From: an uncultured Nevskia sp.
GTDB lineage: Bacteria; Pseudomonadota; Gammaproteobacteria; Nevskiales; Nevskiaceae
Assembly (NCBI GenBank): GCA_964458725.1
Contig: CAYWPB010000001.1
Location: forward strand, 10,138-74,137
DNA length: 64,000 bases
Reading direction: 5' to 3'
Part shown: piece by piece, positions 60,700 through 64,000 of the stretch
Position numbering within the stretch: position 1 is the stretch's first letter
How the letters are laid out: each line of letters starts with the position of its first letter
Program-made: the position numbers and the translations under genes
Notes under the pieces: generated by a model
The model's database searches: none
Told to the model about the DNA's origin: nothing
Seen by the model: only the letters and a program-made list of their open reading frames with translations

Positions 60700-61461
60700 C
60701 TAGTTTCGCAGCGTCGGGGTCAAAGCGATCTTCTGCTCCGGCGTGCCGAAACCCGACCCGGGAGGCGGAGGCAGCAGACGATCGAATTCGTTCTTGACCA
60801 CCCGGTAGCATTCGCAGCAGCGCTTTTCGAGCCCGGTGCGGTCGAGAACGGCGATGTGGCCGCGCCGATAGCTGATCAGGCCTGCGGCCTGCAGCCTGAC
60901 TGCGGCCTCCGAAATCCCTTCGCGGCGCACACCGAGCGCATCGGCAATCATCTTGTGGGTCAGGCTGATCATGCTCGACTGCAGCCGGTCACTGGTCAGG
61001 AGCAGTCGCCGGCACAGCTGCTGCTCGAGGCTGTGGTGGCGATTGCATACCGCGGTCTGCGCCATCTGCGTGAGCAGGGCCTGGGTGTAGCGCAGCAGCA
61101 ACTGCTGGGTTGCGGCCGAGTGATTGAACTCGTGCAGCAACACGGTTTTCTTCAAGCGGTAGGCATACCCCGCATTGGACACCACCACCTTTCCCAACGC
61201 CGTGCTGCGCCCCATGAACAGCGAAACGCCAACCACACCTTCGCGCCCTACGATTGAAATCTCCGTCGAGGCGCCATTGCCCATGACGAAAACCAGTGAA
61301 ACCACCGAATCGGTGGGGAAATACGCGCAATCCTGCGTTTCACCGGCCTGGTGCAAGATATCGGCCTGGGACAGGGTGACCAGTTCAAGCTGCGGAAACA
61401 GGCGGCGCTGCTCTTCGGCGGGCAGCGATGCCAACAGCAGATTCTGTTCAGGTCGATGCAT
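60700..61461 (-). CDS. Crp/Fnr family transcriptional regulator (paralog 4)
   Basis: Start taken at MHRPEQNLLLASLP; AYFP, VGREG, VCNRHH, LGVRREGIS, CCECY. Confidence 0.92.
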   Translation of the reverse strand: MHRPEQNLLLASLPAEEQRRLFPQLELVTLSQADILHQAGETQDCAYFPTDSVVSLVFVMGNGASTEISIVGREGVVGVSLFMGRSTALGKVVVSNAGYAYRLKKTVLLHEFNHSAATQQLLLRYTQALLTQMAQTAVCNRHHSLEQQLCRRLLLTSDRLQSSMISLTHKMIADALGVRREGISEAAVRLQAAGLISYRRGHIAVLDRTGLEKRCCECYRVVKNEFDRLLPPPPGSGFGTPEQKIALTPTLRN

Positions 61462-61531
61462 ACGGCGAACACCCACTCCCCCGAGATTTCTCTGCGAACC
61501 GACTGCGGCACCCAAAGGATGACCGCAAGTC

Positions 61532-61575
61532 AGCTTGGGAGCATTGCCAATCGGGTGTATGTGCGTTTTCACACA
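61532..61575 (-). promoter_or_regulatory. Crp-like box plus -10 element upstream of Crp paralog 4
   Basis: Minus strand TGTGTG-AAAA-CGCACA-TAC, CAAGCT 22 nt after the core. Confidence 0.65.
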
Positions 61576-61794
61576 CATCACCGTACGCCCCGAGAAGGAG
61601 ACAACTGCACCGATTAGTAAAAAAAGACCATTGATTGAAAAAAGATCAAATAAAAGTGAGAGATTCGTCACGCTTTTCAGCTTCCCGGCCCCTCCCGGGA
61701 AGCGGCCGGCATCCAGCGTTTCCGCAGGGAAATTCCGTCCGGACGGTAAAGCCCTGTTTCCAGGGCGGGAAAAATCCGCCCATGGCCAGCTGGC

Positions 61795-62565
61795 TCAGTG
61801 CAGGACGAAAAAAGGGTCGCCAGGAGTGTCGAGCCAGGCCGGCGGGAATGACTCCGGTGCTCCGGACGTGGGTTTTTGTCCGTCGGCCAGCGCCAGCCCG
61901 TAGCACTCGCAGCTGCTTTCTTCGAGCCGCCTCCGCTCCAGGATCACGATGCATCCGCGCCGGCAGCTGACGATTCCCTGCTGCTCCAGCTTGTTGATCG
62001 CGTCGGTCACGCTCTCGCGGCGCACGCCGAGGATCTGCGCGAGCAACTCCTGGGTGGCGGGGACCGAGCTGGAGGGCAGGCGATCCAGGCTCATGAGCAG
62101 GAAGCGGCTCAGGCGTTGCGCCAGGGTGTGGTGGCGGGTGCAGGCCGCGATGAGGGACAGCTGAATGATCAGCGACTGCACTTGCTGCAGCAGAACGCGC
62201 AGGCCTTCGCGGTCAGCGGCATGCTGCAGGTCCAGCAGATCCGCCGGCAGTCGGTAAGCCCGGCCCGGATACAACACCTGGGATCGCTCCGGCATTGCGT
62301 GTCCGCCGAGCAGCAGCGTTACGCCAAGCATCCCTTCACGGCCGACGAGGCTGATACCGGTACAGGCTCCGTTCCGGCTCAGGAACAGCGACAGCAGCAC
62401 TGAATCAATCGGGAAGTACGCGAATTCCGGACGAACGCCAGGCTCGGCCAGCACGGTTCCCTGTTCGAGTTCGACCAGCTCCAGATGCGGCGCGTAAACC
62501 TCGAACGCCGGCGCCGGCAATGCTCCGAGCAGTTGATTTGCAGCCGGAGTTATCGGAGTGACCAT
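61795..62565 (-). CDS. Crp/Fnr family transcriptional regulator (paralog 5)
   Basis: NQLLGALP, AYFP, VGREG, ACTRHH, LGVRRESVT, SCECY. Confidence 0.9.
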   Translation of the reverse strand: MVTPITPAANQLLGALPAPAFEVYAPHLELVELEQGTVLAEPGVRPEFAYFPIDSVLLSLFLSRNGACTGISLVGREGMLGVTLLLGGHAMPERSQVLYPGRAYRLPADLLDLQHAADREGLRVLLQQVQSLIIQLSLIAACTRHHTLAQRLSRFLLMSLDRLPSSSVPATQELLAQILGVRRESVTDAINKLEQQGIVSCRRGCIVILERRRLEESSCECYGLALADGQKPTSGAPESFPPAWLDTPGDPFFVLH

Positions 62566-62839
62566 CTTGACTTCCTCTAGCTACCGGCCCGCGAGTTGCC
62601 TGTTTCGTACTATGCATAAAGCATGCGGACCCTGCCACTCGCAGGAAGCGGCTTGGCGCAACAAGGGTAGGGTAGAGGAGCAGCTTGGATGCGGAGCGAC
62701 GCCTGCGAAGCACCGAGCAGCCGGTACGCGGCGTTGCGGAAAGACCGCTGAGCTATTTCAGCCCAATCAATACGGAATGATTTTCTGGTTCCGGCATCAA
62801 CGCCTTGAGGCGTTGCGTGCGTTACCTGCCGGATGTCGG

Positions 62840-63064
62840 CTAGCCGTAGGCTGCGCGTTCCCGAGTCAGCAGAGCTGGAGCGTCGAGGAAGTTTTCGAGT
62901 ATGGCAAAAGCCTTGAGCGCCGAACGCTGCGCATCTTCCAGCGCGGCCCGCGCCTCCTCGGAATCGGTGGGAGACGATGCCAGGCGCGCCCTCGCGCTTT
63001 CCAGCTCACCCATCTCTTCCTTAATGTGCTTTACGAAGCTCAAAGTGACAGGGTCCATGCTCAA
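62840..63064 (-). CDS. Small hypothetical coiled-coil protein
   Basis: Amphipathic helical composition; preceded by an AT-rich promoter-like region. Confidence 0.45.
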   Translation of the reverse strand: MSMDPVTLSFVKHIKEEMGELESARARLASSPTDSEEARAALEDAQRSALKAFAILENFLDAPALLTRERAAYG

Positions 63065-63323
63065 GAAAAAGTATACCGGTTAGTATTGTAATCGCAGTTG
63101 TGGCGTTGCGCCATTGCGTTTGCGGCAGTTTGCAGGGGGGCATTTGAATAATCAACAAAAAAAATTCATTACACCCTCAATTTTTTTGAGGGCGGGAAAC
63201 CGTTGTCGAAAACGGCCTAAAAACTGCTAGGGGGTCCTACTGCAAGGAAGCAGTAAAAAGCGTCCAGTCGTCGCAGGGCCTTGTTCCCAACCATGTTTCG
63301 GCCTGCATTATTTTCTTCAAGCC

Positions 63324-64000
63324 TCAGTCGGCTGTCCCGGCGAGCAGCGAGAACCAGGCGCGCTGGTCGAGGTGCCGGCTCAATCGCGGAGCCGCGAAGC
63401 CGGTGCCGGACGCTTGATGCATCGCAGGCCCGAAGCTGTTCGCGGCCAGTGCCCCGACGAAATACAGTCCCGCCATTGAGGATTCGAAGTTCGATGAAAG
63501 CACCGGCGCATGGCCGGCGCAGCGTACCTGCGTGACGATTTCAGAATCGAGCAAGGCGAGCGACACCGGGACGTTGGTGGCGGGAGCCGCCGGCGGATCT
63601 GCCTTCGGTTCCCGGCCAGCTCGCAACAGGCTCGAGCGCCATGAGTCCGGCAGGCTGTGGAACAGCAGGGGCTTGTCGACGACGAAGTGCGAGGCGACGC
63701 CGGCGATCGGCCTTGGCTGCGCCGCCTGCGTGGCGCGCAGACACAGACGTCGGGACAGGCGCGCCGGCGCTTCGCGGAACGTTCCGGTGCCGGTGGCGAT
63801 CACGACTTGGCGCGCCTTCAACATCTGTCCGTCGTCGAGCCGCAGTCGGAACAACTCCGCGGCGCGCGCGACGGACAGCACGGTCTTTCGCTCCAGTGCA
63901 GGCACCAGGCGCTGTTGAAACTCCCGCAGATACCTGGAGAACGTCTTCAGTTCGATCCGCTCGCCACGATCCGCATAGGACAGCCCGTGCTCGCGACAGT
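63324..64000 (-). CDS. Internally deleted paralog of the 46699 FAD oxidoreductase (5' end outside window)
   Basis: Frame is open to the window edge (CREHGLSYAD...TFSRY.REFQQRLVP.LE); shares FESS.AGLYFVG.LAANSFGP but lacks the GGGASA and ATGY segments. Confidence 0.75.
   Translation of the reverse strand, partial: CREHGLSYADRGERIELKTFSRYLREFQQRLVPALERKTVLSVARAAELFRLRLDDGQMLKARQVVIATGTGTFREAPARLSRRLCLRATQAAQPRPIAGVASHFVVDKPLLFHSLPDSWRSSLLRAGREPKADPPAAPATNVPVSLALLDSEIVTQVRCAGHAPVLSSNFESSMAGLYFVGALAANSFGPAMHQASGTGFAAPRLSRHLDQRAWFSLLAGTAD

Noticed and set aside
61462-61671. N-terminal extension of Crp paralog 4
   Set aside because: AT-rich, contains a Crp box, and has no counterpart in the other paralogs
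54444-62616. Single half-sites of the Crp-like motif (54444, 57866, 62601)
   Set aside because: The second half-site is too degenerate to distinguish from chance

Overview
GC-rich proteobacterial chromosomal window. The RpoH- and EpsEFG-type genes suggest a gamma/beta-proteobacterium (taxon is inference only). Left part (1-11.4 kb): 3' end of a TonB-dependent receptor, a porin with a sigma54-like promoter, a CzcCBA-type RND efflux operon and pqqABCDE. The remaining ~52 kb is one island in which a Wzx/Wzy-type exopolysaccharide pathway is physically interleaved, and partly translationally coupled, with a three-gene NRPS/PKS assembly line. The EPS genes are EpsE/F/G, Wzy, two Wzx, two GT2, a WecG/GumM-type GT, a WcaJ/GumD-type priming transferase, an OM beta-barrel, two OafA-type acyltransferases, and GH8 and GH5 glycanases. 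The assembly line is A-PCP; KS-AT-ACP-aminotransferase-C-A-PCP; and C-A-PCP-TE with a Cys nucleophile. Tailoring enzymes include two JmjC oxygenases, a methyltransferase, an ATP-grasp ligase, GMC and FAD oxidoreductases and an alpha/beta hydrolase. Five Crp/Fnr paralogs and a divergent RpoH flank the island. A non-canonical Crp-like palindrome, TGT(G/T)(C/T)G-N4-CG(C/A)ACA(GAC), recurs about 15 times at its promoters, often at class II activator spacing. Best candidate novel system: a Crp-regulated, peptide/polyketide-decorated (possibly peptide-cross-linked) exopolysaccharide. All calls are by-eye motif reading; no database searches were run.
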